Translations under genes and position numbers: made by a program
Assembly: GCA_963678315.1 (NCBI GenBank)
Contig: OY782781.1
Location: 2,848,001-2,912,000, forward strand
DNA length: 64,000 nucleotides
From: Candidatus Cloacimonadales bacterium
GTDB taxonomy: Bacteria; Cloacimonadota; Cloacimonadia; Cloacimonadales; JAFGVF01
Direction: 5' to 3'
In this document: positions 7,527 through 18,648 of the stretch, one piece after another
Numbering within the stretch: the stretch's first letter is position 1
Layout of the letters: each line of letters starts with the position of its first letter
Notes under the pieces: generated by a model
Seen by the model: the letters and a program-made list of their open reading frames with translations, nothing else
The model's database searches: none
What the model was told of the DNA's origin: nothing

Positions 7527-10352
7527 CTACTTCATTAATACCATTTTCTTAGTACCAATTAGTTCATTATCAACTTTTAGCTGATAGAAATAGATACCAG
7601 ATGATACATTATTAGCTTTCCATACTACATTATAGTTATTTGCATCACGTTGACCATTAACCAAGCTTTCTACTAACTGTCCCTTTGAGTTATATATCTT
7701 TAGAGAAACATTACCTGCTCTCTTTAGGGTATAATTTATAGTTGTTTCTGGATTGAAAGGATTAGGGTAATTATTTCCCATAATCACCGAAGAAGCAAGG
7801 TCTACATCATCAGAAGCATTAGCAACTCCACCATCATAGAAATAGATATTATCAACGTAAAGAGTGTTTGGATCGCCACCGAATATTAGTTGTGCTATAT
7901 GACTTTGACCTGTCATATTTGCAAACTCAGTTAATGGAATATCAAAGCTTACCCATTCACCTGTGGCTAGACTTGTACCATCAAAAGTTAGCTCATGTTC
8001 TGTATCATCATTACCCCATACGCCGTCAGCACCAAAGTCAACTAACTTAATTCTAAACTCAGCTTGGTCAGTTGCATCTGGAGTCCATATATCCATATGG
8101 AAATAGTTCATACCACTAGCATCAATTGTTTCGGAAGTAAATTCAATACCAGCAAAGACGAGATCAGTATAGAGCTTAGTAGCATTCTCAGCAATCATAA
8201 CTTCTTCATAATCAGCATTATCCCATTCAGCTGACCAAGTATCTACATTAATATTTGGATAAACATCACTAAAAATAGAAGTAACATCTTCAGCATCTTC
8301 AGTAGGTGTTGGTGCTGCTTCTGAAGGGATTTGAGAAGGATCTTCTACTGTGAAATGAATATAGTAAGATAGCATTACTGTTTCATCTTCAGAAGTTACT
8401 TCAACTTCAGTTGTTCCAGGAAGTTCACTAGCATCCATTACCATATAGGAAGCATTAGGATTGCTAGTTGTTGCTGTTACCATCGGAACATCTGTAGTAC
8501 CTTCAGGGAGCATTACATCATAATTGAACATATCAGAAGCAAAAGCCTCTATGGAAGTTCCATCTACCATTAAGTCACTCAATGTAGCAATAGACTCTTC
8601 TCCTCCTGATGTTTTCCAGAAATATAGGTTATCAAACCAAATAGTACCATTTCCTACTACTTTAAATTGGAATACACCAGATAAGTCTACAAGGTCGCTA
8701 AAAGCTGTTAAAGGAATATCTACACTTACCCATTCTTCTAACTGAATGTTAAATTCATAAGGTGATTCAGCTCCTGTAGAAATGAGGTAAATATTCAAGT
8801 CAGTTGAGTTAGGAGTCCAGAAATCTACATGTAGATATTCGTATTCACTAAGATCTTGACTTGTAAATTCAGTACCTTGATAGTTCAAATTAGCATACTT
8901 CAAGGTATTGTTACCTGCAATCATTTCATTTACTGTAACGACTGTAGATTGCCCCCAATCAGGGTTGTAATTACTATTAGGTACATTGTTGTATGTATCA
9001 CTATAAATCGAAATCACATTGTCGGTATTATGCATAGGTATTTCAGGGGCAGTTGTTGGTTCTGTGATTGGTTGGTCAATAGTGAAGTTGATAGTATAAG
9101 TCTCATTCATACTTGCATCTGCAGAAGTAACTACAACTGTTGTTGTTCCTGGAAGTTCTGTTGCATCATTAACAACATAACTAGCTCCAGGGTCAGTTGT
9201 TGTGGCAGTAACCATAGGAAGATCTGTTGTTCCTTCAGGTAGAACTACATCATAGCTAAATGTTTGAGAATTAAAGCCTTCAATTGTCACACCATCAACT
9301 TGTAAATCACTTAGAGTAGCAACTTGAGCTCCTCCAACTTCTTTCCAGAAGTAGTAGTTATCAAACCAAACTGTTCCATTTCCTACAACTTTGAACTGGA
9401 TAACATCAGCTAAATTTAAAACAGAACTATAAGCTGAAAGAGGTATATCGATGCTTACCCATGTTTCATGAGTAATGTCTAAAGCATAACTAGCTTCTGC
9501 ACCTGGACTGATTAAATAGAAGTCTAAAGTTGTTGAATTAGGAGTCCAGAAATCTACATGTAAGTAATCATACTCTGATACATTTTGAGAAGTAAACTCT
9601 GTACCTTGATAGTTTAAGTTAGCATATTTTAAGGTATTGTTGCCAGCAATCATCTCATTTACAGTAACCATTGTTGATTGTCCCCAACCTGGATTATAGT
9701 TAGAGTTAGGAACATTATCATAAGAATCACTATAAATTGATATAACGTTCTCTGCATCTTGAGTAGGAAGTGCCGGTGCATCTGTTGGTTCTGCTGGTGG
9801 AGGTAGAACTTCACCTTCAGGTAAAACAATATTATCTAAATAAACAAGATTATCTTCTTCTCTTGCAGCGAAATCAGGTATAAGCACAATTCTATTATAT
9901 GTATTACCTATTTGAGCTGAGAAATCAAAGGTAATCTCTTCCCATTGGTTAACTACAGTATTAGGAACTTGTAGTTCTATAGCACCGCTCATTCCTTCAA
10001 ATTTAAGTCCAATATTGCTTATAACTGGCTTATGTATCATAAGAGATACTGTTGAATTATTAGCATCGAATGTGAAAGTTCCATTATCATCAGTGTAGAA
10101 TAATGCCCAAGCATTCCCATCACTTCTAGCTATAAACTTAGCCACTGTAGGTGTTTGATTAGCTCCACTAGAATTAGGGTTTGCTATAAATTCTATTGCT
10201 GGGTTATCTCCATTCTCTTCAACAGTCCAATCCCATTCTGAGCCAACTCCAGCTGACTCAAAATCTACAGTATGGCTTGCTTGAGCAAACATCAAACTTG
10301 TAAATGTTAATAGGACAAATATAAGTAAATTTCTCAAAGTAATCTGTTTCAT
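7527..10352 (-). CDS. Secreted multi-repeat, apparently non-catalytic carbohydrate-binding protein with C-terminal sorting domain
   Basis: Signal peptide; three 'AP.P...VISIYSD.Y...LHVDFWTP...FDN.YF' modules; two 'ATLSDL.VDG..I..F....Y.V.LP.GT' beta-sandwich modules; NYPNPFNPETTI tail; ATG 10352 after GGAGG. Confidence 0.7.
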   Translation of the reverse strand: MKQITLRNLLIFVLLTFTSLMFAQASHTVDFESAGVGSEWDWTVEENGDNPAIEFIANPNSSGANQTPTVAKFIARSDGNAWALFYTDDNGTFTFDANNSTVSLMIHKPVISNIGLKFEGMSGAIELQVPNTVVNQWEEITFDFSAQIGNTYNRIVLIPDFAAREEDNLVYLDNIVLPEGEVLPPPAEPTDAPALPTQDAENVISIYSDSYDNVPNSNYNPGWGQSTMVTVNEMIAGNNTLKYANLNYQGTEFTSQNVSEYDYLHVDFWTPNSTTLDFYLISPGAEASYALDITHETWVSIDIPLSAYSSVLNLADVIQFKVVGNGTVWFDNYYFWKEVGGAQVATLSDLQVDGVTIEGFNSQTFSYDVVLPEGTTDLPMVTATTTDPGASYVVNDATELPGTTTVVVTSADASMNETYTINFTIDQPITEPTTAPEIPMHNTDNVISIYSDTYNNVPNSNYNPDWGQSTVVTVNEMIAGNNTLKYANLNYQGTEFTSQDLSEYEYLHVDFWTPNSTDLNIYLISTGAESPYEFNIQLEEWVSVDIPLTAFSDLVDLSGVFQFKVVGNGTIWFDNLYFWKTSGGEESIATLSDLMVDGTSIEAFASDMFNYDVMLPEGTTDVPMVTATTSNPNASYMVMDASELPGTTEVEVTSEDETVMLSYYIHFTVEDPSQIPSEAAPTPTEDAEDVTSIFSDVYPNINVDTWSAEWDNADYEEVMIAENATKLYTDLVFAGIEFTSETIDASGMNYFHMDIWTPDATDQAEFRIKLVDFGADGVWGNDDTEHELTFDGTSLATGEWVSFDIPLTEFANMTGQSHIAQLIFGGDPNTLYVDNIYFYDGGVANASDDVDLASSVIMGNNYPNPFNPETTINYTLKRAGNVSLKIYNSKGQLVESLVNGQRDANNYNVVWKANNVSSGIYFYQLKVDNELIGTKKMVLMK

Positions 10353-10353
10353 C

Positions 10354-11463
10354 TTATCCTCCAAAATTAGTATCTTTTATTTTTCTTGTATAATCTATAA
10401 ATGATTGTTTAGGCTTCCTATTCTCATAGAATATACCCCAGTTCTTCTCAACTTCATTGCTTCCAGTAGAGTCTCCTCCACCTTTCCAGGGTTCATCAAA
10501 GACTTCAAATAAGAAGGTTAATCTCTTATTCTTCTTAGTCCATGTAGCAAGTTCTTGTAGAAACTTTCCCTGTGTTTCAACATCTGCTTTCCCCTTAATC
10601 AATGTTCCCTGTTGTCCATCACCTTTTTTGTTTGCATTGTAATTAGATGCCCAGCCAATTTCACCGACTACTAGCTGCTTTTCAGGATGAAGTTCCTGAA
10701 TTTTTACAAGTTCAGAGTCAACCCATTCCATTGAATTTTCAAGACTTTTGCCATTCCATAAAGGGTGAATATGACAAGTTATAAAGTCTATTTCCTGAGC
10801 TACTTTCTTGCTTTCTTCTTTGTTCCAAAAATTGTAATCATCTGCAGTGCTTATTGGTTTATTGACATTTGAGCGAATTACTTTAATGTACTTTATTAAG
10901 CTATCTATCTTCATTTTATGCCAAGACCAATAAACTTGAGTTTCATTACCAACGCTAACAGCAAAAATCTCTTCATTATATTCATTTGTTTGTCTAATTG
11001 CTTCAACAACATTGTTGATATTCTCTAGACGTTTTTCTTCTGAATCTTCTTTACCCAACCACACACCTAACATGACTTTTAGTGGTAATTGTTCTGCTCT
11101 AATTGTTTCTAAAATCATCTTACTCACTGCATCAGCATTATATAATCTAATTATATCAAAATGCTCTGCGATAATGTATAAGTCTTCTATTATTTGATCT
11201 TTTGATGGGTTTTTTACTCCTGGAGCTTGACCCTTTCGATATAAACTCACGCTTACTTGTATCCTTGAAAAATCGCTGTTTTTTAAAAGAGGCAAGTAAG
11301 GGTCAAGGGTAGTTGCACTGTCTATAGAATAATTTTTAGCAATTAATTCAGATTTTAACTTATCTAGATCTAAGCTATTATCTTGCTCTATCACTTGAGC
11401 TTGCTGAGAACATGAAAGAAGAATCAAGCTTAGTATAATGAGAATAAGATTATAAATCTTCAT
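10354..11463 (-). CDS. GH17 beta-1,3-glucanase/glucosidase, lipoprotein
   Basis: LLSC lipobox; IRLY, VMLGVW, VGNE (acid/base), VGEIGW (nucleophile), FDEPWK, EKNWG. Confidence 0.88.
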   Translation of the reverse strand: MKIYNLILIILSLILLSCSQQAQVIEQDNSLDLDKLKSELIAKNYSIDSATTLDPYLPLLKNSDFSRIQVSVSLYRKGQAPGVKNPSKDQIIEDLYIIAEHFDIIRLYNADAVSKMILETIRAEQLPLKVMLGVWLGKEDSEEKRLENINNVVEAIRQTNEYNEEIFAVSVGNETQVYWSWHKMKIDSLIKYIKVIRSNVNKPISTADDYNFWNKEESKKVAQEIDFITCHIHPLWNGKSLENSMEWVDSELVKIQELHPEKQLVVGEIGWASNYNANKKGDGQQGTLIKGKADVETQGKFLQELATWTKKNKRLTFLFEVFDEPWKGGGDSTGSNEVEKNWGIFYENRKPKQSFIDYTRKIKDTNFGG

Positions 11464-11472
11464 AGTTTCACC

Positions 11473-13161
11473 TTAATATTTCATTTGAAGTGTTTCTAAA
11501 GAATTTGCTGGTATTTCAACTTGAATATAGCTATCTTCAATTTGAATACTTGTAGAAATTATTTCATCAGAAGTGTTTAGCATTTGTATAGATATCTCTT
11601 TAGCCGAATTAATAGTTGCTAGAACATGTAAGTCATCATCATCTAAAGTAGAATTTACAACTTTGTTTGTGATAACATAATCTCCCGGTCTAATTGTTCT
11701 GCTAAACTGAGATAAAATATTATAGATAGGAGTATAATATACTTCTTTTGTTTGCCTATCAATCATGATGGGAGCCCCACAGAAGTTTCCAACATGATTA
11801 GGTCCACCCTTACTGTCTAACACTACATTCCAGTCTATCCAGCCAGAAACCCAGTTATCAAGACTAAGGATTATATTTCTAGCATATCGATGAACAGGAG
11901 TATAGATAGGATGATCTTCAACCTTTACTCCTTGCCATGTCACACTGTAAGCCCAGTCTGTAGCATTAGGATTCCACCAAAAGTCATCATTGTTAAACCA
12001 ATCTTTTTCCTTAAATCGAACAGTGTCAGTTACTCCACCTGGTGCATCTTTACCTAAATCATCAATACAACCTTCAGTATGCATTATATCAAAATCAGGG
12101 TATTTGTCATGAACTCTTCTTAATACATCTTCATATACTTTGTTAGTAGACTCATACCAGTGTATTGCAGCGCCATACACATACTCAGAACTTAGATTAT
12201 CATTATAAATAGGCTCAACCCATTCCTCAAGTCCATCTCTGTTTTGGTCATAAATTAGTAACTTTACATCTTTAAATTTATTCTCTTGAAGCTTTGGTCC
12301 TAAATATCTTTTGATAAAGCTATTTTGACTTTCAGGAGTAAATTTCATAGATTCCCATTGACCATTGTTGCCATGTGGCTCATTTACAGGAGTAATACCC
12401 CAAATATCAATACCAACCATTTGATAAGCTTGTAAGTACTTAATCAGATAATCAGCATAAACTTCTTCATATTCAGCTTTTAAAGAACCACCTGTACCTT
12501 GCCAGTTATTCTCTGGAGTTCCAGGAATGTACCAAGTCTCTATATCCTTCATCCAAGCTGGGGCTGTCCAAGCTGAGGCTACAATATTTAGAGTCTTGTC
12601 TTTCTGCTGACTTTTAACTTGATAAGCCTCCATAATCATAGGAAGTAAATCATAAGAAGTTTTAACAAGATCTGGGTATTTTTGTTTATCAAAACCTTTT
12701 AAATCATTCATTATCGAAAAGTTAGAAAGGTTTATATCATCAGCAAGGTCGTTATATGAATATTTCCCTTGGACTGTAAAGTCACATGAACCAATATGGG
12801 TTCTGGCTAAACTGAAGTTTGCACCCTTCTCCCCATAGATGTTTTCCATGACTTCCTTTCTATCATTTTCTGAGAGATGAGCCAGTACAAAAGCAGAAGA
12901 TTCTGTGAAAGAAGAACCGATTCCTACAATTGCTTGTTTTTTCATATCAGGATAGACTTCTATGACAAGACCATTTGCTTTCCCTTTATTAACTTCTAGA
13001 CTAGGCATTTGTTCTTGTATAGCTCCAGCTGAAGAAGTTAAAATTACTTTAGCAATATTGGCTTGTCTAGATGAATCAACTTCGTTCATAGAACAGCCAG
13101 TAATTATTAATGTTAAGATAATTATCCTAAAGACACTAGGAATTCTACTTATATTGTTCAT
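11473..13161 (-). CDS. GH30 glycoside hydrolase (probable beta-1,6 debranching enzyme), lipoprotein
   Basis: GIGSSFTES, RTHIGSCDF, SAWTAPAWMK, VNEP, HTEGC, WIDWN..D..GGPNH..N.C.AP. Confidence 0.88.
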   Translation of the reverse strand: MNNISRIPSVFRIIILTLIITGCSMNEVDSSRQANIAKVILTSSAGAIQEQMPSLEVNKGKANGLVIEVYPDMKKQAIVGIGSSFTESSAFVLAHLSENDRKEVMENIYGEKGANFSLARTHIGSCDFTVQGKYSYNDLADDINLSNFSIMNDLKGFDKQKYPDLVKTSYDLLPMIMEAYQVKSQQKDKTLNIVASAWTAPAWMKDIETWYIPGTPENNWQGTGGSLKAEYEEVYADYLIKYLQAYQMVGIDIWGITPVNEPHGNNGQWESMKFTPESQNSFIKRYLGPKLQENKFKDVKLLIYDQNRDGLEEWVEPIYNDNLSSEYVYGAAIHWYESTNKVYEDVLRRVHDKYPDFDIMHTEGCIDDLGKDAPGGVTDTVRFKEKDWFNNDDFWWNPNATDWAYSVTWQGVKVEDHPIYTPVHRYARNIILSLDNWVSGWIDWNVVLDSKGGPNHVGNFCGAPIMIDRQTKEVYYTPIYNILSQFSRTIRPGDYVITNKVVNSTLDDDDLHVLATINSAKEISIQMLNTSDEIISTSIQIEDSYIQVEIPANSLETLQMKY

Positions 13162-13173
13162 AGCTCATCTCAC

Positions 13174-14622
13174 TCAATTTACAAGTTTACTTTTATGTTC
13201 TTTTCTTTTCTTAAGCTCATCACGAATTTCATAAGACATCTTCTCAGTTAGGCTATACTTAGACATCACAATTATAGCTACTACAGCACCAATAATTGGG
13301 ACTATACTATAGGCTAGTCTAACACCTGTTATTGCACCAACAACTTGTTGACTTGCATCAGGATTGAATCCAACAAATGCCATTATAGCACCACTAAGTA
13401 GTCCTGCAAAAGCCTGACCAAACTTAACCATCCACCAATATATAGCTCCAAAAACGCCTTCTCTTCTTAAACCAGAATTAAGTTCATCTAAGTCACAAAC
13501 ATCAGCAGTCATAGACATCATCAAAGTAAATAGTCCACCAATACCAAATGAAAAGAATGGAAGCGGGATGAATATTAACCATGGCTTTCCAGGAACAAAA
13601 CAGAACCAGAAAAGGATGTAACCAATAAGAGAGATTGACTGAGTGATGATAAACGCTTTCTTTTTACCAAACTTCTTGGAAATAGGTGTTATAAGTGGTA
13701 TTACTAAGAATGTAGTAAAAATAGCACCAATAGAACCATTTAGTGTTGGCCACAAACCAGCATCTCCCGCATTTCCATTGAACATATAATGAACAATGAT
13801 GAAGAATGAGAATGCTGCAATTGTGTTGAAAGAATTAAAGACAAGGAATGTAGAAATACATAGCTTTCTAAAAGGTTTTAGTTTTAGAGCTTCTCCGAAC
13901 TCATGAAAAAGAGTCTTTAAATTATTTGATATATTCTGTCTGTTAAGTTCTTTATATTCTGTATTATTAAGAGTTGATTTACTTTTAACAAATATAGCAG
14001 GAACTGCTGCCAAAAGCATACAAATAAGTCCTACCCAAACAGCGAGGTATCTACTTCCTGCTGCTGCATCAGCAAACCATTCTTGTTTGTAGATTACCAC
14101 CCAGAACCATGGGGCTATAACCCATGCCCATTGACCAATCCATTGGGCAACAGCCATTATCTTAGTTCTTTCATGAAAATCACTACTCATTTCATAGCCC
14201 ATTGCAACATAAGGGACACTAAAAATGGTCAATCCTAAGTAGAAAATTAGTGAGAAAAACATGAAATAATAGAAGTTATAGTTTAGTCCATTAGAGGCAT
14301 ACAATTGCCACATGAAGACAAAGCTCAGACCTGTAATAAGGGCACCTAGTAAAACATATTGACGTCTTCTACCCCATTTAGATCTAGTATTATCAGAGAT
14401 AAAGCCCATCATTGGGTCTGTTATAGCATCAAATAATCTAGGGAAGAAGAAGATAAGTCCCCATAAGAAAGGAGAAAAACCTAGTCCTTGAACTAAGACA
14501 ATCATAAAGACACCTAAGGCAGCTGGAAACATTTGATTAGCAAGCATTCCTATACCAAAGGCAACCTTTTGCGACATTGGTACAGAGTCCCTTCTAACTA
14601 CATTGCTATTTATATTATTCAT
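13174..14622 (-). CDS. MFS sugar transporter (glycoside-pentoside-hexuronide/MelB type)
   Basis: About 12 TM segments; FDAITDPMMGFISDNTRSKWGRRR, ADVCDLDEL.SG.RREG motifs. Confidence 0.9.
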   Translation of the reverse strand: MNNINSNVVRRDSVPMSQKVAFGIGMLANQMFPAALGVFMIVLVQGLGFSPFLWGLIFFFPRLFDAITDPMMGFISDNTRSKWGRRRQYVLLGALITGLSFVFMWQLYASNGLNYNFYYFMFFSLIFYLGLTIFSVPYVAMGYEMSSDFHERTKIMAVAQWIGQWAWVIAPWFWVVIYKQEWFADAAAGSRYLAVWVGLICMLLAAVPAIFVKSKSTLNNTEYKELNRQNISNNLKTLFHEFGEALKLKPFRKLCISTFLVFNSFNTIAAFSFFIIVHYMFNGNAGDAGLWPTLNGSIGAIFTTFLVIPLITPISKKFGKKKAFIITQSISLIGYILFWFCFVPGKPWLIFIPLPFFSFGIGGLFTLMMSMTADVCDLDELNSGLRREGVFGAIYWWMVKFGQAFAGLLSGAIMAFVGFNPDASQQVVGAITGVRLAYSIVPIIGAVVAIIVMSKYSLTEKMSYEIRDELKKRKEHKSKLVN

Positions 14623-14641
14623 AATAAGTTATCCTCTTTCT

Positions 14642-17362
14642 TTAGTTGCTAAGGTAAATATCATCAAGATATAACTTACCGAACAATAGGTTATTTGAAA
14701 TATCATTAGGATTCCAAATTCCAAGGTATCTAAAGTCAGTTAAATCTACTCCAGTGAAATCACTTAATGGAACTTCATAAATGTACCAATCTCCTTGCAT
14801 AGAAGGAGTATAGTTTGCTATATCAACTTCAAGTTGACCACCAGAATTATCTTCAAGCTTTATGCCTAGATGTACTAAAGCAGAAAGTTCTGTTTTATTG
14901 ATAGCAAAGTTTAGTCTTGTATAAGAAGTAATATCTTGACCTGGGGTTCCAAAATTAAAGGCTATTCCTCCCCAACCATTACCAGAATCTTGGAAATCGA
15001 TAGATAAACAATGGTTCCCTTCTAGAGCTGTTATTTCTGTGTTTTCAAGATTTACTTCCACAACATTACCACTCCAATCAGCACTGTTAATAACCTGACT
15101 ATAGGCTATTACACTTCCATTATGAGTTTCTGTGTAGATTCCACCTTCTTCACCATCTGGTATTTCAATTTCATCCATAGATAAATAGATATTGTCGAAA
15201 AAGAGCTTGCCAAAGAGTAGATTGTTTGAAGCATCTTTTGGACTCCATATACCTAAGTATTTCAAGTCACTAAAATCAACCCCTACAAAATTATTTATAG
15301 GTATTTTATATATTGACCAATCTCCTTGGAGTAAAGGACTATAGTTTGAGATATCAAGCTCTGTTTGATTTCCAGCATTATCTTCAAACTTCATTCCTAA
15401 GTGAACTAAATTATTCATTTGAGTACTATTTACAGCGAATGAGAAAGTCAAGAATTCACTTACATCCTGGTTATTATTTGAGAAATCAAAGGCAATACCA
15501 CCCCACCCAACTCCTAGATCTTGGAAATCTACAGAAAGTGAATAAGTACCATCATAAGGAGTAACCTCTGTACTTTCAACATCTGGCTCTCCAATGTTAC
15601 CACTCCAATCTGCGCTATTGATAATTTGTGAATAAGATAAAGTAGCATCTGTGTATGTTTCAGAATATATCGCTATGTTATTAGATGGCTCTTGATTTTC
15701 TTCCATCATTGCACTAGCACTTTTAAGTAAGCCATTTGAATCTGTATAAGTAACTGTTAAATATTGACCTGGAACAAAGACTACTTGTTCTGAATTAGCG
15801 TCTGAGGAAACAAATTCTATTGTTTTACTGCCAGTTCCAGAGTTATCTAAGTCTAGAGAAATTTCAAAGCTTTGTTGAGAATTATCAACAGTAACATTGA
15901 CAGAGCTATCAATCAATCCTTCATCCATAACAGTAATTACTGCATTAGTTGAATCTTCAGTGTATGTTGCAGAATCAAGCATAATACTTGAGCTGTTTAG
16001 ACCACCACCACTATAGTATATGTCATCTATTGCAAAGTGACATTGAACTCCATTCTCTTCTCGAATGATGAAGACATAGTCTGAATTAGATAAATCAACT
16101 CCTACTGCAAGTTCTTGTAGAGGAATTGATGCCTTTCCCCATTCCCCATCTCTTACTAAGCCATAAGCAGTTTGATTTGCTGGGAATTCAAGGTAGTTTT
16201 CATTGCCATTTATATCATTCATACCTATTTGAAAAGTAACTTCAGCAGGTATCTTAATCATGAAGTTTAGGTAACCAGCTTGGAAATTGCTTAGATTAAG
16301 AGCTTCGTTCATCTTGATTCCACAGCCAAACCAACCAATGCCAGTAGTTAGCCATGTCATGCCTGCATCTCCTTCATAAGGATCGATTGAACCAGGAGAT
16401 AAAGTATTTTCCCAAACATATATCTCTGCATCAGCACCAACAACAATATTAGCATCTACTGGGCTCGTTTCTGTAAAGATACCAAGTGTTTCTACATCTC
16501 CGCTAGTATCTTCAATTTGATATACTCGTACCCAATCAATTAGCATTTCTTGAGGCCATTCAGTTGTTGAATCAGGTGCTCCACCAAGATTACCACCTAC
16601 TGCATTGTTGAGGATTATGAAAAAGTCGTTCATGAATTCACTCATAGTCTCAGGATCTATAATTTTAGTGAAATAAGTTACTCCATCAATACGTCCAACT
16701 ATCTTATCTGCATCCCATTCAACTTCAAAGATATGGTAATCTTCAGCAAGAGAGTATTCAAATTCTTTAGTTTGACTATAATAGACTCTTTCTCCATCCT
16801 CTTCCCAATGAACAGTGCACATTGTAGTATTCTCGTTATGATAGAAGGAGGACATTTCCATAACATCTATCTCTCCACATTGAGGCCAGCCAATTGTATC
16901 ATAATTTGCCCCTAACATCCAGAAAGCAGGCCACATACCCATTGTGCGAGGAGGTTTTATCTTGGCTTGAATCATACCATATTTGAAAGAATACTTGTTT
17001 TTTGTATTCACTCTTCCTGATGTGATTGAGCCATCCCTTTTACCGGGAGCAGAATAGTTTTCTGAATCGAATCGGGTGGTTATTACAAGGTTACCATTTT
17101 CTACTTTAACATTATCTTGAGAGTTGGTATATAATTGCCATTCATCATTACCCCAGCCATCTTGACCATACCCTTCTTCAATATTCCATTTAGTAGCATC
17201 TAATTGTGTAGATTCTTGATTAAATTCATCCGACCATACTAAAGTATAATTCTGTGATGGTAAAGTATCTTCAATTTGTTGAGGTTCTGTAGAATTGTCA
17301 CAACTAAATAAAATAGGAATCAATAATAAATATAACAATTTATAAATATTTCTGCTAGCCAT
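14642..17362 (-). CDS. GH16 laminarinase-type endo-beta-1,3-glucanase lipoprotein with C-terminal binding modules
   Basis: LFSC lipobox; LVWSDEF, WPAFWMLG..WPQCGEIDVME; last two ~177-aa modules duplicated (YSQ.INSADWSGN at DNA offset 531); likely start MASRN after GGAGG. Confidence 0.9.
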   Translation of the reverse strand: MASRNIYKLLYLLLIPILFSCDNSTEPQQIEDTLPSQNYTLVWSDEFNQESTQLDATKWNIEEGYGQDGWGNDEWQLYTNSQDNVKVENGNLVITTRFDSENYSAPGKRDGSITSGRVNTKNKYSFKYGMIQAKIKPPRTMGMWPAFWMLGANYDTIGWPQCGEIDVMEMSSFYHNENTTMCTVHWEEDGERVYYSQTKEFEYSLAEDYHIFEVEWDADKIVGRIDGVTYFTKIIDPETMSEFMNDFFIILNNAVGGNLGGAPDSTTEWPQEMLIDWVRVYQIEDTSGDVETLGIFTETSPVDANIVVGADAEIYVWENTLSPGSIDPYEGDAGMTWLTTGIGWFGCGIKMNEALNLSNFQAGYLNFMIKIPAEVTFQIGMNDINGNENYLEFPANQTAYGLVRDGEWGKASIPLQELAVGVDLSNSDYVFIIREENGVQCHFAIDDIYYSGGGLNSSSIMLDSATYTEDSTNAVITVMDEGLIDSSVNVTVDNSQQSFEISLDLDNSGTGSKTIEFVSSDANSEQVVFVPGQYLTVTYTDSNGLLKSASAMMEENQEPSNNIAIYSETYTDATLSYSQIINSADWSGNIGEPDVESTEVTPYDGTYSLSVDFQDLGVGWGGIAFDFSNNNQDVSEFLTFSFAVNSTQMNNLVHLGMKFEDNAGNQTELDISNYSPLLQGDWSIYKIPINNFVGVDFSDLKYLGIWSPKDASNNLLFGKLFFDNIYLSMDEIEIPDGEEGGIYTETHNGSVIAYSQVINSADWSGNVVEVNLENTEITALEGNHCLSIDFQDSGNGWGGIAFNFGTPGQDITSYTRLNFAINKTELSALVHLGIKLEDNSGGQLEVDIANYTPSMQGDWYIYEVPLSDFTGVDLTDFRYLGIWNPNDISNNLLFGKLYLDDIYLSN

Positions 17363-17424
17363 TATAAATCCTCCACTAGTCCTTAGTTTTTTTATCTTAA
17401 CATAATATAATAATAACATGTTTA

Positions 17425-17436
17425 TGCTATATAGCA
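17425..17436. promoter_or_regulatory. Putative operator palindrome TGCTATATAGCA
   Basis: Perfect 12-bp palindrome just downstream of the minus-strand TTGACA (17465-17460) promoter of the GH16 operon. Confidence 0.65.
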
Positions 17437-17592
17437 AATAAAGATAAATAAAATTTTGCTGTCAAGAATTTATTGATATACTTTCTATTATAGAGTTAAT
17501 TTTGCTTGACCTATTATAGCATTTTAAAGATTAGTCACTAAGTGCTATATTTTCAAAATGCAAAGAAACTAGATATTTCAGGAGAAATATAT

Positions 17593-18648
17593 ATGACTAA
17601 CACTCCAAAGTATATTGCTGTAAAAGAGCAAATAAGAGAAAGTATTAAAGACGGTAGCCTAAAAGGTAAAATACCAGGAGAGCGACAGTTAGCAAAACAC
17701 TATAATGTGTCTTATATGACTGTAAGAAGAGCTATCTCAGAGCTTGTTGAAAGCGGAATACTACATAAGTTTGCAACTAAAGGCACTTTCGTTAGCCATA
17801 GTAAAAGCACACCTAAAGTAACTAAAAACATTGGCTTCTTCCTAGACAAAGAGATTAAGCAGGGTATTTCTAGTCCCTATTACTCTTTAGTATTTAATGC
17901 TCTTGAACAAGAAGCACTTAAGATTGGTTATCACCTAATTCTTTTTTCTGAATTCGATGATCTTAACCCGGTAAATAGCATGAAAAAAATCGATGGTGTA
18001 ATCCTAAGTTGCTTCCCTAGGTTAGAACCTAAGATACAAGAACTTAAAAAGCTACTTCCAATTGTTCTAATAGACAATATTTCTTCAGATAAATCTATCC
18101 CTTCAGTAACTATTGACAACTTCAATGGTATTTATGAAGCAGTAGAATATTTGTGTGAACTGAATCACAAAAGAATTGCTTTTATTACTGGACTATTAGA
18201 TTCTAACATATACAATGAGCGTATCTTAGGCTACGAACATTCTTTAGTTGCTAATGGTATCGAACCAGATGAATCATTAACTTACAGAGGAGATTATTCT
18301 TATCAATCTGGAGAAGATGCTGCTATGTATTTCCTATCCTTAAAAAACCCTCCTACTGCTATAATGTGTGCTAACGATACAATGGCAATAGGAGCTATAA
18401 AAGTCGTTAGAGAAAAAGGCTTGGACGTTCCTCAAGACGTTAGTATAATAGGCTTTGATGACATTGAAGTCTCTTCTAAAATGTTCCCAGGACTTACAAC
18501 TTTAGCAGCCCCAATAGAAAAGATAGCTAAGGAAGCAGTTACTCTCTTAGTTAGTGTTATAGAGGGTGAAAATAAAGATTACAAGCATATAATATTACCT
18601 ACCGAATTAGTTAAAAGAGGAACTTGTACATTGATACAAAACAACTAG
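17593..18648 (+). CDS. Transcriptional regulator, GntR HTH fused to a LacI-type sugar-binding domain (AraR-like)
   Basis: KIPGERQLAKHYNVSYMTVRRAISEL..GTFV; C-terminal PTAIMCAND..VPQDVSIIGFDD; ATG 17593 after AGGAG. Confidence 0.9.
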   Translation: MTNTPKYIAVKEQIRESIKDGSLKGKIPGERQLAKHYNVSYMTVRRAISELVESGILHKFATKGTFVSHSKSTPKVTKNIGFFLDKEIKQGISSPYYSLVFNALEQEALKIGYHLILFSEFDDLNPVNSMKKIDGVILSCFPRLEPKIQELKKLLPIVLIDNISSDKSIPSVTIDNFNGIYEAVEYLCELNHKRIAFITGLLDSNIYNERILGYEHSLVANGIEPDESLTYRGDYSYQSGEDAAMYFLSLKNPPTAIMCANDTMAIGAIKVVREKGLDVPQDVSIIGFDDIEVSSKMFPGLTTLAAPIEKIAKEAVTLLVSVIEGENKDYKHIILPTELVKRGTCTLIQNN

